DNA from: Eledone cirrhosa | Lineage: Eukaryota | Assembly: GCA_964016885.1 (NCBI GenBank) | Contig: OZ024750.1 | Location: 6,696,001 to 6,760,000, forward strand | Length of the DNA: 64,000 nt | Reading direction: 5' to 3' | Shown here: piece by piece, positions 16,094 through 31,224 of the stretch | Layout: every line of letters begins with the position of its first letter | Position numbering within the stretch: the stretch's first letter is position 1 | Position numbers and translations under genes: made by a program | The notes under the pieces: model-generated | The model's input: only the letters and a program-made list of their open reading frames with translations | The model's database searches: none | Told to the model about the DNA's origin: nothing

Positions 16094-16194
16094 TAAATCT
16101 GCTCAATCGCAGCTGATGGTCATGGTTGGAACGTCGTTGATATTATATATGATGTATGTTGATATTAATAATGGGAGTTATCAAATTGTCAACG

Positions 16195-17353
16195 GATGAT
16201 GATGATGATGGTGTTGGTGTTGGTGGTGGTGATGATGGTGGTGGTGGCTTTGATGATGGTGATGGTGGTTGGTGGTGTTGGTGATGATGATGCTGATAGT
16301 GGTAGTGGTGGTGGTAGTGTTGATGATGATGACGGTGACGATGATGATGGTATTGATGATGATGGTGGTGGTGGTGGTATTGATGATGAAGGAGGTGGTG
16401 GTGACAGTATTGAGGATGATGATGATGGTGTAGTTTATTGTTGTGTAGCCCCAGGCCAGCTCTGATGGTGCCATCCTATGGCACACAGCTACTCAACCGG
16501 ACAATTAGACGTGACCCACAGATCTGTGTTTCCAGTTATATGATTATTTGAGGGAGATTTCACTGCCATTTCTGTAGGCTGAGCAACCATGTGGAAGCCC
16601 CTTCACCAGGAAGCCCTTATGATGATGGTGGTGGTGGTGGTGGTGGTAATGGTGGTGTTGGTGGTGGTGGTAGTGGTAGTGGTGGTAGTGGTGGTGGTAG
16701 TGGTGGTGGTAGCTGTGGTGGTAGCTGTGGTGGTGGTGGTAGCTGTGGTGGTGGTGGTAGCTGTGGTGGTGGTAGTGGTGGTGGTAGCTGTGGTGGTGGT
16801 AGTGGTGGTGGTAGCTGTGGTGGTGGTAGTGGTGGTGGTAGCTGTGGTGGTGGTGGTGGTGGTGGTAGCTGTAGCGGTGTTGGTGGTGGTAGTGATGGTG
16901 GTGGTAGTGGTTGTGGTGGTAGTGGTGGTGGAGGTTGGTGGTTGTTTTGTGGCTGGGGGTTGGAGGCAGTGGTGGTGGTGGTGGTGGTGGTGGTGGTGGT
17001 GGCAGTGGTAATGGTGCTGGTCTTAATATTATTCCAATGTGTTTCAGATTATCAACTAAATTCTGTCTATTGACACCAATATGTAATTTGGCACATCCAA
17101 CTTACCTCCATCTGCTACCATCACCACCACCATCTCTCTTATTGCTGTCATTGTCATCCCTGTGTGTGTGTGTGAGTCTCTGTGAGTATGTGGGTCTGTG
17201 AGTGTGTGTGAGTCTCTGTGAGTATGTGTGTGTCTGTGAGTGTGTGTGAGTCTCTGTTAGCGTGAGTGTGTGTGTGTTTATGCAGTTTGTTTTCTATTAA
17301 GAAGCAAGGTTTTCCTCTTCATCATGGGGCTTTCTCTCCCACAATTTTTACCA

Positions 17354-17390
<37 letters not shown>

Positions 17391-18030
17391 TACAACCATC
17401 ACTACACCCTCACCACCAAAACCACTACCACAACCATCACCACATCCTCACTAATGCAAAACACTACAACCACCAAATCCATAACTAACGCCCACACCAT
17501 CACAACCAGCACCAACACCACAGCTGTATCACCATCACTACACTACAATCATCACCATCACCACTACTCCACCACCAAACCACCATACCACCATCTAGCA
17601 ACACCACCACAACGCCACCACCAAACCATCACTACCAACACTACCACACCACCACCACCACCACTAACACCACCACCAACACTACCATACCACCACCAAC
17701 ACACCGCCACCACCACCACCACCACCACCACCACTAACACCACCACCATCACCACCAACACTACCACACCACCAACACACCACCACCACCACTAACAGCA
17801 CCACCAACATCACCACCACCACCACCACTAACACCACCACCACCATCACCACCAACACTACCACACCACCACCAACACACCACCACTACCACTAACACCA
17901 CCACCACCACCAACCTCTGACATCTGTTCCCTTTTATTTCCATGCAACATTCTCTTAATGTGTTCCTTATCTGACTTCTTGAGAGAACATCCTCTTCCTC
18001 TTCAATCATCATCACATCAACATTGACATC

Positions 18031-18068
<38 letters not shown>

Positions 18069-18150
18069 TATCATTATCATCATCATCATTACCATCATCA
18101 TCATCATCATCATAATCGTCGTCATTATTATCATCACCATCATCATCGCC

Positions 18151-18181
<31 letters not shown>

Positions 18182-18290
18182 TTCACCATCATCATCATCA
18201 ATAAATTCATCATCATGATCATCACATCTTCATCTTCACCATCATCATCATCATCATTCTCATCATCAACAAATTCATCACCATCATCAT
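16195..18290. repeat. (GGT/GAT)n and (CCA/CAT)n trinucleotide microsatellite field
   Basis: Directly visible; source of the Gly-, Val-, Thr- and Asp-rich ORFs. Confidence 0.85.
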
Positions 18291-18927
18291 CAACAGATAA
18301 TTTACAGTCCACCCTATTTAATATGGCAAGGACAAGAATGACTGAAACTCTTGGTGGGGAGGACATATCTGCCTACTATATACATTTATGGTAAAGCCTC
18401 ACATATATAATATCGTGAGTTGAACAATTTTGATTAACTGAGATTATCTTTGTAATTAGTAAACAAAACCTCCCTCTTAGCAGCTGTTGCTGTTGTTCTT
18501 GTTTCAGTGGTGATAGGAATAATTCTAGTAGAAATGCTGCAGTATGTTTGTTTTTCCATGTTTCAAAAACATTTCAAAAACCCAAAATAAAAATATTGTT
18601 TACATTTCCAGTACCTGTCTGATAACAAAACATTGATTAACTATTACATAGTGACATTTTAATGCCTATGAAATGTGCATAATAGATGTTGCATAGGAAT
18701 GTGTATAATAGCTGTTGTGTAAGGAAATAAATGGAAGTCTAAAGTGTATAACAGTCTTTACTTCTTGCTTAATAACAACACTCCATCAGATACCATATAC
18801 ATAATATATGTTATCTTTATGGATACCTATGACATGGAGTGCTTTTGTTGGCTTACACTATAGTTTGTTGATTACCTATTTCAATCAACACAGATTATTG
18901 AACTGAAATATATATATATACATATGT

Positions 18928-18960
<33 letters not shown>

Positions 18961-19072
18961 ATGTATATATATATATACACACATCTGAACTTGGTACACA
19001 TTATATATATATATATATATATATATAATGTATATATATATATATGTGTATATATAATGTGTATATATATAT

Positions 19073-19115
<43 letters not shown>

Positions 19116-19127
19116 ATATATAATGTA

Positions 19128-19175
<48 letters not shown>

Positions 19176-19562
19176 GTATATATACACACATTTGAACTTG
19201 GTACACATTGATTGCCTATATATTGACAACACAACAATGCAGACTAACGAAAACACAATGAATGAAGAATCTTTTGAAAATATATAACATGATACCTATT
19301 TCTAGAGAAACTGGTTTGTATTCTTTCAGTAAATCTAGTCTGGCATGTTACCAATACATTTTTGTGTCTAACCACAGTGACCTGTTGCATTGTGGGTAGT
19401 TAAAGTATTAAGAGTTTGGAGTTCAGTAAAATTCCAAGAATAAAAGTCGGTGGGATATGAAAAAATAAAGCTATATAAATAAACATAATTATAAGTTAAT
19501 GAGTCAGTAGTTGGAGGGAACAATAATACTTATCATTGAAACTAACGCAGAATCCATTTACT

Positions 19563-19785
19563 TTACAAGGGGCAGCTGAAAATATCATTAGCTGACCAAG
19601 ATACTCTCATGGAATGAGAAAATGAGGTTTATTTATGCATGCAATATTTCACAGCTCTAGCATCACAACAATATATGAGGGTCGGCTGAAAAAATCTTAA
19701 TCTGAAAAGGTCATAAGCTGACCAAGATACTCTCATGGAATGACAAAATGAGGTCTAGTTATATATACAATATTTCACAGTTCCA
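19563..19785 (+). mobile_element. Two mariner-like terminal fragments in tandem; a third, inverted, at ~30660-30733
   Basis: TA(C/T)GAGGGTCGGCTGAAAA...GCTGACCAAGATACTCTCATGGAATG repeated twice; reverse complement CTTATGAACTTTTCAGCCAACCCTCATA at 30705-30733. Confidence 0.6.
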
Positions 19786-21295
19786 ACAAAAAACATTTAC
19801 CATTAACAGAATCGAGATGCAGAATTTGCATGACACTATGTGTAACAAGTCTGATCATTTGGATTACAGGTGCAATGTCTACACAATTTCATGCACATGG
19901 CTTGGGTTGATAAGAAGCTATTGTTAGAGACACTTACCTAAGATTCTATACTGTGGGATCAAACTTGGGACCTCATGGTTACCAATCAAACTTCTTAACC
20001 ACTTAGCCATGCTTACAGTCACATATACACACACAAGTGTGTAAATGTGTGTGTGTTTGTGTGTATTAAGTCCCCAACTTTAACCAACACAAGGCTATTG
20101 CAGTTGGGTGTATGGGGAAATATACACATTATATATTCAAACAAATAAGATGCTGATAATAGTTTAAAATTCATGAAAACTTCATTATATCTGGGGAATG
20201 GGTTTAGTGATGTGACGATAATGATGGTGTTGATGGGGGCTTTAAAAGATATGAACACACACACTGACACACACACATACACACACACTGACACACACAC
20301 ATACACATTCACGGACACACACATACACACAGATACAAACATACACTCACATACACACAAATACACACACACAGATACAAACACACTCAGACACTCACAC
20401 TGACACACACACACAGATACAAACGCAGACACATTCAGACACTCACACACACAAACAGATACATACACACAGATACACACACACAGATACAAACACAGAC
20501 ACAATCATACACTCACAGACATACAGATACAAACACAGACACACTCACAGCCAGACACACACACACACACACATATACAGCCAGACACACACACACACAC
20601 ACACTCAATATATTAAAACATATAAAAACAAAAACAAAATAGAATTAAGATTGAAACTTTCTTGCTTTCTAATTTCATTTCTTCGGAAGATATTATCTAA
20701 TGTGTGTATGGGTATATGTATACGTGTGTGTATGTATGTGTGTGTGTGTGTATGTGTGTATGGGTATATGTGTAGATATATACGTGTGTGTATGTATGTA
20801 TGTGTGTGTGTGTGTGTGTAAATATGTGTGTGTGTGGTAGGGGCATATAGTGTAGATCGACGGAGGGGACTACATATATGTGTGCGTGCATGTGTGTGTG
20901 TGTGTGTGTACGTGTGCATACTTACAGATATATATATATATATAGTGTAGTGGGGTGTTGGTAATGGTGGGTATATATAAAACATTGTATTTTATATATG
21001 ATGAAGGGAGAGTTGTATATATATATATATATATTGTAAGGTGGTGGTGGTGGTGGGGGTATATTAAGAGTAGTGTTGTGAGATGGTGGGGGATACAATG
21101 CCACATGTAGGGGGGGGGAATACAGAGTAGGGGTAGTGTGGTGTGGTGTGGTATAGTGGTTTGAGGTATGTATGGTATGTATGGTATGTGTTTATGGTGA
21201 ATGGAGACATCAGTTTTGAACCTGGTTTCTTTTTTACCAGATTAATTCAGTCTTTTGTAAGTAATCTTTTATTTGTTTGAAAGGACAAACAACCA

Positions 21296-21855
21296 CAACA
21301 ACAACAACAGCAACTAAAGATATATCATTTGACAATAACTACTACAACAACAACAACAGCAACTAAAGATATATCATTTGACAATAACTACTACAACAAC
21401 AACAACAGCAGCAACTAAAGATATATCATTTGACAATAACTACTACAACAACAACAACAACAGCAACTAAAGATATATCATTTGACAATAACTACTACTA
21501 CTACAACAACAGCAACAACTAAAGATATATCATTTGACAATAACTACTACTACAACAACAACAACAGCAACAACTAAAGATATGTGATTTGACAATAACT
21601 ACTACAACAACAACAACAGCAACAACTAAAGATATGTGATTTGACAATAACTACTACAACAACAACAACAGCAACAACTAAAGATATGTGATTTGACAAT
21701 AACTACTACAACAACAACAACAGCAACAACTAAAGATATGTGATTTGACAATAACTACTACAACAACAACAACAACAGCAACAACTAAAAATATATCAAC
21801 TACTACAACAACAACAACAGCAACAACTAAAGATATATCAACTACTACAACAACT
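21296..21855. repeat. ~48-54 bp minisatellite with variable (CAA)n core
   Basis: CAACTAAAGATAT(ATC/GTG)ATTTGACAATAACTACTACAACAAC repeated about 10 times. Confidence 0.9.
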
Positions 21856-22664
21856 TATTTGATAACAACCAGACTAGCAACAACTGCAACAACAACCACA
21901 AATGTAACATTTGTAACAACAACAATGGCAACAACAACAACAACAACAACAACAACAGCCACGTTAAAAATGAATTTGACAATAACATCAACAATAGCAA
22001 CATCAACAATAGCAACATCAACAGCATTAAAAAGCAAATTTGACAATAACAAGAACTACAACATCAATCACAAAATATATATAAATATGACAACAATGAC
22101 AACAACAAAGACAACAACAAAGACAACAACAAAGACAACAACAAAGACAACAACAAAGACAACAATAAAGACAATGACAACAACAATGATAAACTAAGAT
22201 GTTAACAGGATAAAGGGATCTGTTTATGTTAGTATCTCATTTTTTGAGACATGCCATAAAGGATTAAATGATAACAGCCCCTTTTTCTATCTACAAAACC
22301 TTCTCAGTCCCCCTTTCTCTAGCCTTCCTCCATCTTACCTACACCTCATACAGAAATCCAGAAAATATATAAAAACCAATTACATTGCTCTTATCTCATC
22401 TTCCCATCTTCATTACTTTTACACTACTCCTTATTATTGGTTTCTTGCCAACAGGCACAAATCCCTGCTACCTACCCACCGTCTCTTATGTTTATAGAAA
22501 GAAGAATAAGATGTTGTAGCCTGTATGCCTTTCTTAAGGGTTTCACTGATGTAAATGATATGAAATGATGTTTGAGAAACCTAACTTGCCTTTATGATAA
22601 TTATAATCCCCACACAGCCTTGTATGTTTTTATTAAAAAATTGTTATTATTATTTGAAAATATA

Positions 22665-23545
22665 AAGGGTGGTGGGTTGGCAGAATCGGTAGAGTGTCGG
22701 CCAACATACTTTGTGGTATTTAGTTATGACATTCTAACAATCTGAATTCAAATCCCACCGAGGTTAGCTTTGCCTTTCATCCTTACAGGGTCAATAAAAC
22801 AAAGTACCAGTAATGCACTGGGTCAATTTAATTGACTTGCCCCTCTTTTTGCCTAAATCAGAGACCATTATTAAAGAGCATTATAAGGGCGGTGGATTGG
22901 CAGTATCAGTAGAGGGTCGGTCGTCATGCTTTGACGCATAGTTACTGCCCTTGCCATTCTGAGTTCAAATCCCGCCGAGGTTAACTTTGCCTTTCATCCT
23001 TACGGGGTCGATAAAATAAAGTACCAGTAATACACTGGGATAATTGCTGGCCTTGTGCCAAAAGTAGAAATAATTATTAAAGAGCAATGAATTGGCAGAA
23101 CATCGGATTAAATGTGTTTGATATTTAGCCATGGTCCTGGAAAAATGAAAGGCAAAGTTGAACTCCTCAGCCAATAATGGTTTCTGATTTAGGCACAAGG
23201 CCAACAATTTTGGAGAAGGAAGTCAATTAAATTGTATTACTAAAACTTTATTTTATCGACCTCTTAAGGATGAAAGGCAAAACACAACAGAATTTTAACT
23301 CAGAGTGCAGTGAGAAGTAACAGATACCAAAACATTTTTAATCCAACTCCTGCTGCCTTGGTACAAGGTCAGTAATTTGGGGGAAAGTGAAAGATGATTA
23401 TATCAACCTCAATATTTTACTGGTGTTTTATTTTATTGACCTCGAAAGGGTGAAAGGTAAAGTTGACCTCTGCAGGATCTGAACTCAGAAAAATTGCTGC
23501 AAAGAATTTTGTCCAGTGCTCTAGCAAGTCTACCAATTCCCTGCC
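22665..23545. mobile_element. Cluster of Deu/Nin-like SINEs: + copies 22665-22872 and 22885-23078; degenerate - copies ~23130-23545
   Basis: Same core as 1206-1615 in both orientations. Confidence 0.75.
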
Positions 23546-24036
23546 CGAAATGTAAAACTCAATAATGAATACTGTGATTAAAGATGTTTTATTTATTTTT
23601 TTTTTAAAGTAAGAATAAGAATAAGGAAAAATAGATACATAAATAAATAAATAGAAGCAGCAGACTTAATCCCCCCACCACCACCACCACGTCACCACAC
23701 ATCTTTTTTGTGATTCTTTTCTGCTGGTGACATGGATTATTTTGAATGGAGGTGATTGTGAATTTCGCTGGGGTATCTCTGGGAAATCAGTTTACACAAC
23801 TTTCTCTTTACTAATTGTTGTGGCTAATGACAATAACAATAACAGTAATAAAACAAATAAAGAAGAAATATTGCAAGAAGAAAACCCAGTTAAACAAATA
23901 AAAATCGATCGGTAATACACTACCTACAGTAAATAAGCATGTTAATGTCTTCTTTAATCTCTTTAAATCTAATAATAATATATATATATAAAAACAGCAA
24001 CAACAACAAGGATTGCAACGATTACAAATAAAGCCC

Positions 24037-24093
<57 letters not shown>

Positions 24094-24268
24094 TTCTGAT
24101 AAAAGCAAGACGATGAGATAATAAGGTGATGTATATAGCTATTTATTTAATTACTTAGTTTCGTATTTTCACTTAGAAGGTTTTTGGTTTTTAGTTTATT
24201 TTTACTTCTTTTTCCATTATTTTTTGAGGGAGTTTAGCTTACTTTAGTTTTTTGCCTGTTGTTTTGAC

Positions 24269-24316
<48 letters not shown>

Positions 24317-24342
24317 TATATATTTATATATATATATTTATT

Positions 24343-24383
<41 letters not shown>

Positions 24384-26574
24384 TTGTACACAAATATATA
24401 TATATATATATTTGTACACAAATATATATATATATATATGTGTGTGTGTGTATATATTTGTACATATATATATATTTGTACACACATATATATATATATG
24501 TGTGTATATATTTGTACATATATATATATATACATTTGTACACACACATATATATATATATATATGTGTGTGTGTGTATATTTGTACATATGTATATATG
24601 TACATATGTATATATGTACATATGTATGTATGTATATGTATATATGTTTGTATATATATGTGTATGTACATATATGTATATATATATGTATGTACATATG
24701 TATGTATGTACATACATATGTATGTTTATATATATATGTATATATATATATTTGTCATTGCTTCTAGGAAGCTGGGTGCTAAGAAGATGCTTAATATGTC
24801 TCAATGAAGCAGATTAGCTCGCCTCCAGCGAGAGCAAAAAAGAAGTTTAAAAAATGAAGGAATTGCACCATGAGGGGGGGGGGGAGATTATTAATAGTGG
24901 TGGTGGTGGTGATGGTGATGGTGGTGATGGTGATGATGGAGGTGGCGGAGGATTTGATGTTTCTGAATCCAATTTATTTGGTAGGACTGTAAATAATAAT
25001 ACTTTTCCTATCTTAGCCCTCCCCCCTCCTCTCCCCTTCCCCAATCCTCCCCCCACACACAGCTCTTCTTTTCCTTATTCATCACCATCACCATCATCAT
25101 TATCATCATTATATTAGTCATTTATTTAATATTGGCTCTGTCTTCCATTTCTTCCTATCTTCCTAATCCTATTTTGTAATCTTGACCACCACCACCACCA
25201 CCACCACCACCATCATTAACACCTCTATCACCATTACCACCACCATTACCACTGTCACCATCATCATCACCACTACCATTACCACCATCATCATCACCAC
25301 CACCATTGCTACTGCCACCATCATCACCACCACCACTATCATCACCTCCATCACTACTATCATCATCACTGCCACCATCACCATCACCACCACCACCACC
25401 ACCATCACCACCACCACCACCACTATCACCACCACCACCACCATCACCATCATCACCAATCACTATCACCACTATCACCATCATCACCAACCACCATCAC
25501 CACCACCACCACCACCATCACATGTGTGCCTATATTTATATTCTATATGTTTTAAAAGTATCTCGAGTGTTGAGCTTCTGACAATAATGTCATGGGTTTC
25601 ACTCCAAGACCAGATGTCATGTTGTGTTCTTGAAGGAAAACACTTCATTTCACATTGCTCCACAGCACCACTGGTTTATTGACAATTTACTCATGAACGT
25701 GTTTATCAAGTGTACACACATACAGACGCACACACACACACAAGCACACACATAAACACATATACACACACACATGCAATATCAGACACACACATGCAAT
25801 ACAAGGTCTTTCACACAGTTTCCACACACACACACACACACTCACACACTCACACATACACAATACAAGATATGTCGTACAGTTTCCAACCACTGCCACA
25901 AGCATAACTTATCAAATGTTCTTATGTAAAATTATGATGAATGTTTTTAAATAAACATATTTACTTTAAAATAGTTTTGTATCATAGAACCAGGGGTAAT
26001 TTTGGGTGGATTGATATGAAAGGGGTTAAATTTATTTATACTATGCTTGGTTCTAAAGAAAACAGAAAAAAATATATATTATTTAGGTCTTAAATTTATT
26101 GCACTGAGCACAATGTTTTATGTAATTTTCATGTATAATTTGTAATCTTTCACAATTGTGAAACAAGAAGTAGATTTAAAAATACATTAATTTTATTACT
26201 AACAAAATCATATGTACATGAATATGGGATTTTAAATATTTGCATGTGTATTTATATTTAAGTGTTCATATATGTGTGTGTACATAAATGTATATGTAAT
26301 AAAGTCAAGGTTTAAATTTTAAGTAGAAGAAATACTTCAGATAAGTTTCTCATATATTAAGCTTAACTGTTCTTTTTTTCTTTCTTCTCATTTTGGCTTT
26401 TTGTTGTTTTTTTGTTGTTGCCTAACTTAATTCCAGACTGGTTGGGGGTAGAATATGTAAAATAGCAATTATTATTTCTCTCCACCCTTAAACATTGCTA
26501 TTGTAGTTTTCTCTTAAAGCATTTAGTCAGCCACTTAAATTGTTTATAGGCACACACACACACACACACACACA

Positions 26575-26745
26575 CATTCGCAATCGTGAGGTTGTGAGTT
26601 TGATTCCTGGACCGGGCGATGCGTTATGTCCTTGAGCAAGACACTTTCTTTCATGTTGCTCCTTCTACCTTATAGAGAGTATTAGCAATTGGAAAGACCA
26701 ACGGAGACATTGTTTCCTCGGTCCGATTTGACAAAAGTCGATCGA
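26575..26745 (+). mobile_element. tRNA-derived SINE, near-identical to 31487-31710
   Basis: GAGTT(T/C)GATTCCTGGACCGGGCGATGCGTTATGTCCTTGAGCAAGACACTT...GGTCCGATTTGACAAAAGTCGATCGA. Confidence 0.75.
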
Positions 26746-26832
26746 CTGTCGATATATATATATATATATATATAATATAGAAATGGCTTCTACAGGACTA
26801 GAACTGTTTCATTCAGGAGAATATCCTCATGA

Positions 26833-26881
26833 GGCTCTGATGATTTCTCCCGAATGAAACAGTTCTAGTCCTGTAGAAGCC
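26833..26881 (+). ncRNA. Hammerhead motif, family A variant, within fold-back element 26773-26964
   Basis: GGCU-CUGAUGA-U UUC UCCC GAA U-GAAA-CAG UUCUAGUC CUG-UA|GAAGCC; core intact, stem I imperfect; inverted arms 26773-26821 / 26845-26893; flanked by (TA)n. Confidence 0.7.
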
Positions 26882-27168
26882 ATTTCTATATTAAATATTT
26901 ATACTCTGCTTTGTATTGAGTACCTTACATACTGTGGTTACCCCCGATTGGACCCGGGATAAACTTTTATATATATATATATATTCCTGTACTTTGGTCC
27001 ATGAGAAGAAGTTTGCAGATACCAAAGGGATGATGTAGGTGCTAGGATGAAAAGCACCCAGTACACTCTGTAAATGTGGTTGGCGTTAGGAAGGACATCC
27101 AGTCGTAGAAACCAAGCCAGAAACAGTTCTGTATAAGCAAGACATGGTCGCCTGATCTAACAAGTTAC

Positions 27169-27199
<31 letters not shown>

Positions 27200-27384
27200 A
27201 AGAATGAATTCTCTCTCTAAAACAATAAGAGAGTGGGGGAGGTTGGAAATTGGCTGAAACGGTTCATCATCATCAACATCATTGACATCATCATTTTATA
27301 TACATATTTCCATGTTAGCATGGGTTGGATGGCTGGTCATGGACTGAGATTGGACAGGTCAGAGAGAGAGAGAGAGAGATAGAT

Positions 27385-27442
<58 letters not shown>

Positions 27443-27505
27443 ACACACACACGGCAGAATAAGTTTGGGAAAATACTGATCTACATGATTCTATCCTAAA
27501 AATAG

Positions 27506-27714
27506 GTGAGATACTGAGATAGAGAGATACTGAGATAGAGAGATACTGAGATAGAGAGATACTGAGATAGAGAGATACTGAGGTAGAGAGATACTGAGAT
27601 AGAGAGATACTGAGGTAGAGAGATACTGAGATAGAGAGATACTGAGATAGAGAGATACTGAGATAGAGAGATACTGAGATAGAGAGATACTGAGATAGAG
27701 AGATACTGAGATAC
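27506..27714. repeat. 16-bp minisatellite (AGATAGAGAGATACTG)n, ~13 units
   Basis: Directly visible. Confidence 0.92.
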
Positions 27715-28154
27715 TGTTGGTGAGGTGAACACAGGGTGACATAAATAAATAAGGTTGATAATATTGACAGGAAAAACAAGAGAAAATAAGGGGAAAATTA
27801 GGAGGAATCTGACTTTTGAAATGTCACATATATGAGCGACGTTAGTTAGCATGGTAAAATAGATGAATATTTGGACATGGAACTGGAAATAGAAAGGAGA
27901 GAAGTGAGGTAGCTTGACAGATTAGTATTTCAATGTAACCTGTGACTTATTCAGTGGCTTACTTGTCAATGACAAGCTGACATATGCACACACACACACA
28001 CATACACACACATACATACATACATACACACATACATACACACACACATACACACATACATACATACATACATACACACATGCACACATACATACATACA
28101 TACATACATACATCATACATACACACACATACACACACACACACACACACACAT

Positions 28155-28201
<47 letters not shown>

Positions 28202-28477
28202 TACATGCTTACACAAACACACATGCATACACAAACACACACATATACATACACACACACATACACACACACATACACACACACATACATACATGCTTAT
28301 ACAAAAACACATGCATACACACATGCATTCACACACACACATTGTTACACATTGTCTCACACACACGCATACATTGCCTTGCCATAAACATGTCATTTAT
28401 GTAGATGTAGATACAAATCTTACTTGTGTGTAGACTTACACACACAATCATATACATTTATATACCTGCATATATAC

Positions 28478-28538
<61 letters not shown>

Positions 28539-28539
28539 C

Positions 28540-28570
<31 letters not shown>

Positions 28571-28572
28571 AA

Positions 28573-28628
28573 ATAAGATCAAAAGATGGTTAAAAGAGTT
28601 CCAAGTTTTAACCATCTTTTGATCTTAT
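28573..28628. repeat. Perfect 23-bp inverted repeat with 10-nt loop, at the start of a (TA)n-flanked insert (to ~28720)
   Basis: ATAAGATCAAAAGATGGTTAAAA-gagttccaag-TTTTAACCATCTTTTGATCTTAT. Confidence 0.85.
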
Positions 28629-28716
28629 ATTATTTATAGTCCAGTCCTATAAACTGTTGAGTGCTACTTATCCGATATTTGCATTGCTTTATTGTGCTAC
28701 AATAAAACTCACCTCC

Positions 28717-28753
<37 letters not shown>

Positions 28754-29007
28754 TCATATACTCATATACTCACATATATCAAAATATACTGAAGAACACA
28801 TGCATAGATAAACATTCTATTATATATACATATATATACACATATATACACACATATACACACACATATATATACACACATATATATATAAATGGTGGAT
28901 TTGTTGATGCATATAGTTGTGTTCCTCGCTAGATAGGTTTGCATGATGTGGGTTTTAAGGGGTTCAGGATATTAAGAGTTCAACATATAGTTATTACTCG
29001 ATGTTAA

Positions 29008-29347
29008 CCCTTTACCATTTACATTACTCTATATATACTATTGTATTTTCATGGTAAAGGCTTTACCTCACATACCATTTACATTACTCTATATATACTA
29101 TTGTATTTTCATGGTAAAGGCTTTACCTCACATAACATTTACATTACTCTATATATACTATTGTATTTTCATGGTAAAGGCTTTACCTCACATAAATATC
29201 TCACATAATATTAAATCTATGAGATTTTGATATTATTTAATTTGAGAACAATACCTTAACATCAGTATGAGCTGCCAATTATGGGTGGTTTGAACAGAAA
29301 GATGTGAGAGAACTCTGGCCAGATATGACTGGTTTAAATGCTAAAGG
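29008..29347 (+). mobile_element. piggyBac-like MITE with internal 60-bp triplication
   Basis: TTAA|CCCTTTACCATTTAC...TAAATGCTAAAGG; same family as 44137-44366. Confidence 0.75.
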
Positions 29348-29909
29348 ATGTTACTGCGGTTTCATGTGGTTCAGGACTTTAAGAGATCTACTGCAGCTGG
29401 TGGTGGATGTTACTGCGGTTTCATGAGGTACAGGACTTTAAGAGATCCACTGCAGCTGGTACTAGATGCAGTGAAATGAAATGAAGTGAAGTGAAAAAAA
29501 AATCCAAGAATGCTATTCATGCAAACAATTGAAGCTGGAATGGAAACCAATTCCAAGTTCTGAGAAAGCCAGAATGCTTTTAACACAAACCTGATATGGT
29601 CTTTGTAGAATTGTCTCAATATTTCTGCTAGCGTTGACTGACAGCTTCTAACAGGTTACCTAGATTGGAGTAAAAGGAGGACTGCTTCCCTGGAATGTGT
29701 GTCAAATACTTGTAAGGATGGAATCTTGTCTTCGTAATTATTGTTCTGTTACACAAATATTCCCTGGTTTTTATCTCCTCCTCCCAACTAAAACCACCCC
29801 CCTTCCTACACATACATATAGATATATGTATATATACATACACATATACAGATATAGATACATACAGACACACACACAGGCTGACATGCACATACATATA
29901 TAGATACAT

Positions 29910-30515
29910 ACATACAGAGACTCACACACACACATATAGTTACATACACACAGAGACTCACACACACACATATATAGTTACATACACACAGAGACTCACA
30001 CACACATATATAGTTACATACACACAGAGACTCACACACACACATATATAGTTACATACACACAGAGACTCACACACACACATATATAGTTACATACACA
30101 CAGAGACTCACACACACACATATATAGTTACATACACACAGAGACTCACACACACACACATATAGTTACATACACACAGAGACTCACACACACACATATA
30201 TAGTTACATACACACAGAGACTCACACATATATAGTTACATACACACAGAGACTCACACACACACACATATAGTTACATACATACAGAGACTCACACACA
30301 CACACATATAGTTACGTACACACAGAGACTCACACACACACACATATAGTTACATACACACAGAGACTCACACACACACATATATAGTTACATACACACA
30401 GAGACTCACACACACATATATATAGTTACATACACACAGAGACTCACACACACACACATATAGTTACATACACACAGAGACTCACACACATACACATATA
30501 GATACATACACAGAC
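29910..30515. repeat. ~34-40 bp minisatellite CAGAGACTCA(CA)nTATAGTTACATACA
   Basis: About 16 units visible. Confidence 0.9.
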
Positions 30516-30848
30516 ATTCCCTCCCTCCATTTTACCAGTAAACAGATGCCCTAAAACGGATCATCTATTGATATTCCCCCTCTCCCCAACGACAAGCATA
30601 TTTTTAATATAGTCCTTGAAAAGAAACAATGCAGTTATTGATAAGAAGAGTTGAAATTAATGCATGCAAGATTTCACAGCTCTAGCATCAGTCCTTCATA
30701 ACCAGCTTATGAACTTTTCAGCCAACCCTCATAACTTAACAAGGTTTCTAGATGACAAGTTTTTAGATAAATATAAACCCTTTTATATAAACAGTTCTGT
30801 ATTATAGAACCAGCGGCTGTTTCTGACAGTTTGGTATCAAAATGATTA

Positions 30849-31070
30849 ACCCTTTCACATTTACATTACTCTATAGATACTATTGTATTTTTACAGTAAA
30901 GGCCTTATCTTACATAATTATCTCACAAACTATCGAATCTATAAGATTTTGATATTATTTATTTTGAGAACAATACCTTAACATCAGTATGAGTGTCCAG
31001 TTACAGCCGGTTTGAACAGAAAGAGGTGAGAGATTGTTGGCCAGATATGGCTGGTTTAAATACTAAAAGG
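30849..31070 (+). mobile_element. piggyBac-like MITE (same family as 44137-44366; others at 36388-36596, 60215-60421, partial 5200-5355)
   Basis: TTAA|CCCTTT(C/A)ACATTTACATTACTCTA...GGTTTAAATACTAAAAGGG. Confidence 0.75.
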
Positions 31071-31224
31071 GCTAAATCACTAATATTTCTCTATAATAAA
31101 GAACCAATAATGCTTGGCACCATAACCTTTTAGACGTTGTGATGTACTGATAAAAGAAATATTTTTCACTCTCCTACTTCATGACTAACATCTCTTTTGT
31201 TCCTCTATTTCTTGTCTATTTCAG

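Noticed and set aside
15109-16106. Five ~300-aa ORFs on both strands
   Set aside because: Produced by a stop-free 10-bp satellite.
16591-17073. Gly/Ser/Cys-rich ORF (GGGSC repeats)
   Set aside because: (GGT)n microsatellite with no synonymous codon variation; neighbouring frames are equally open.
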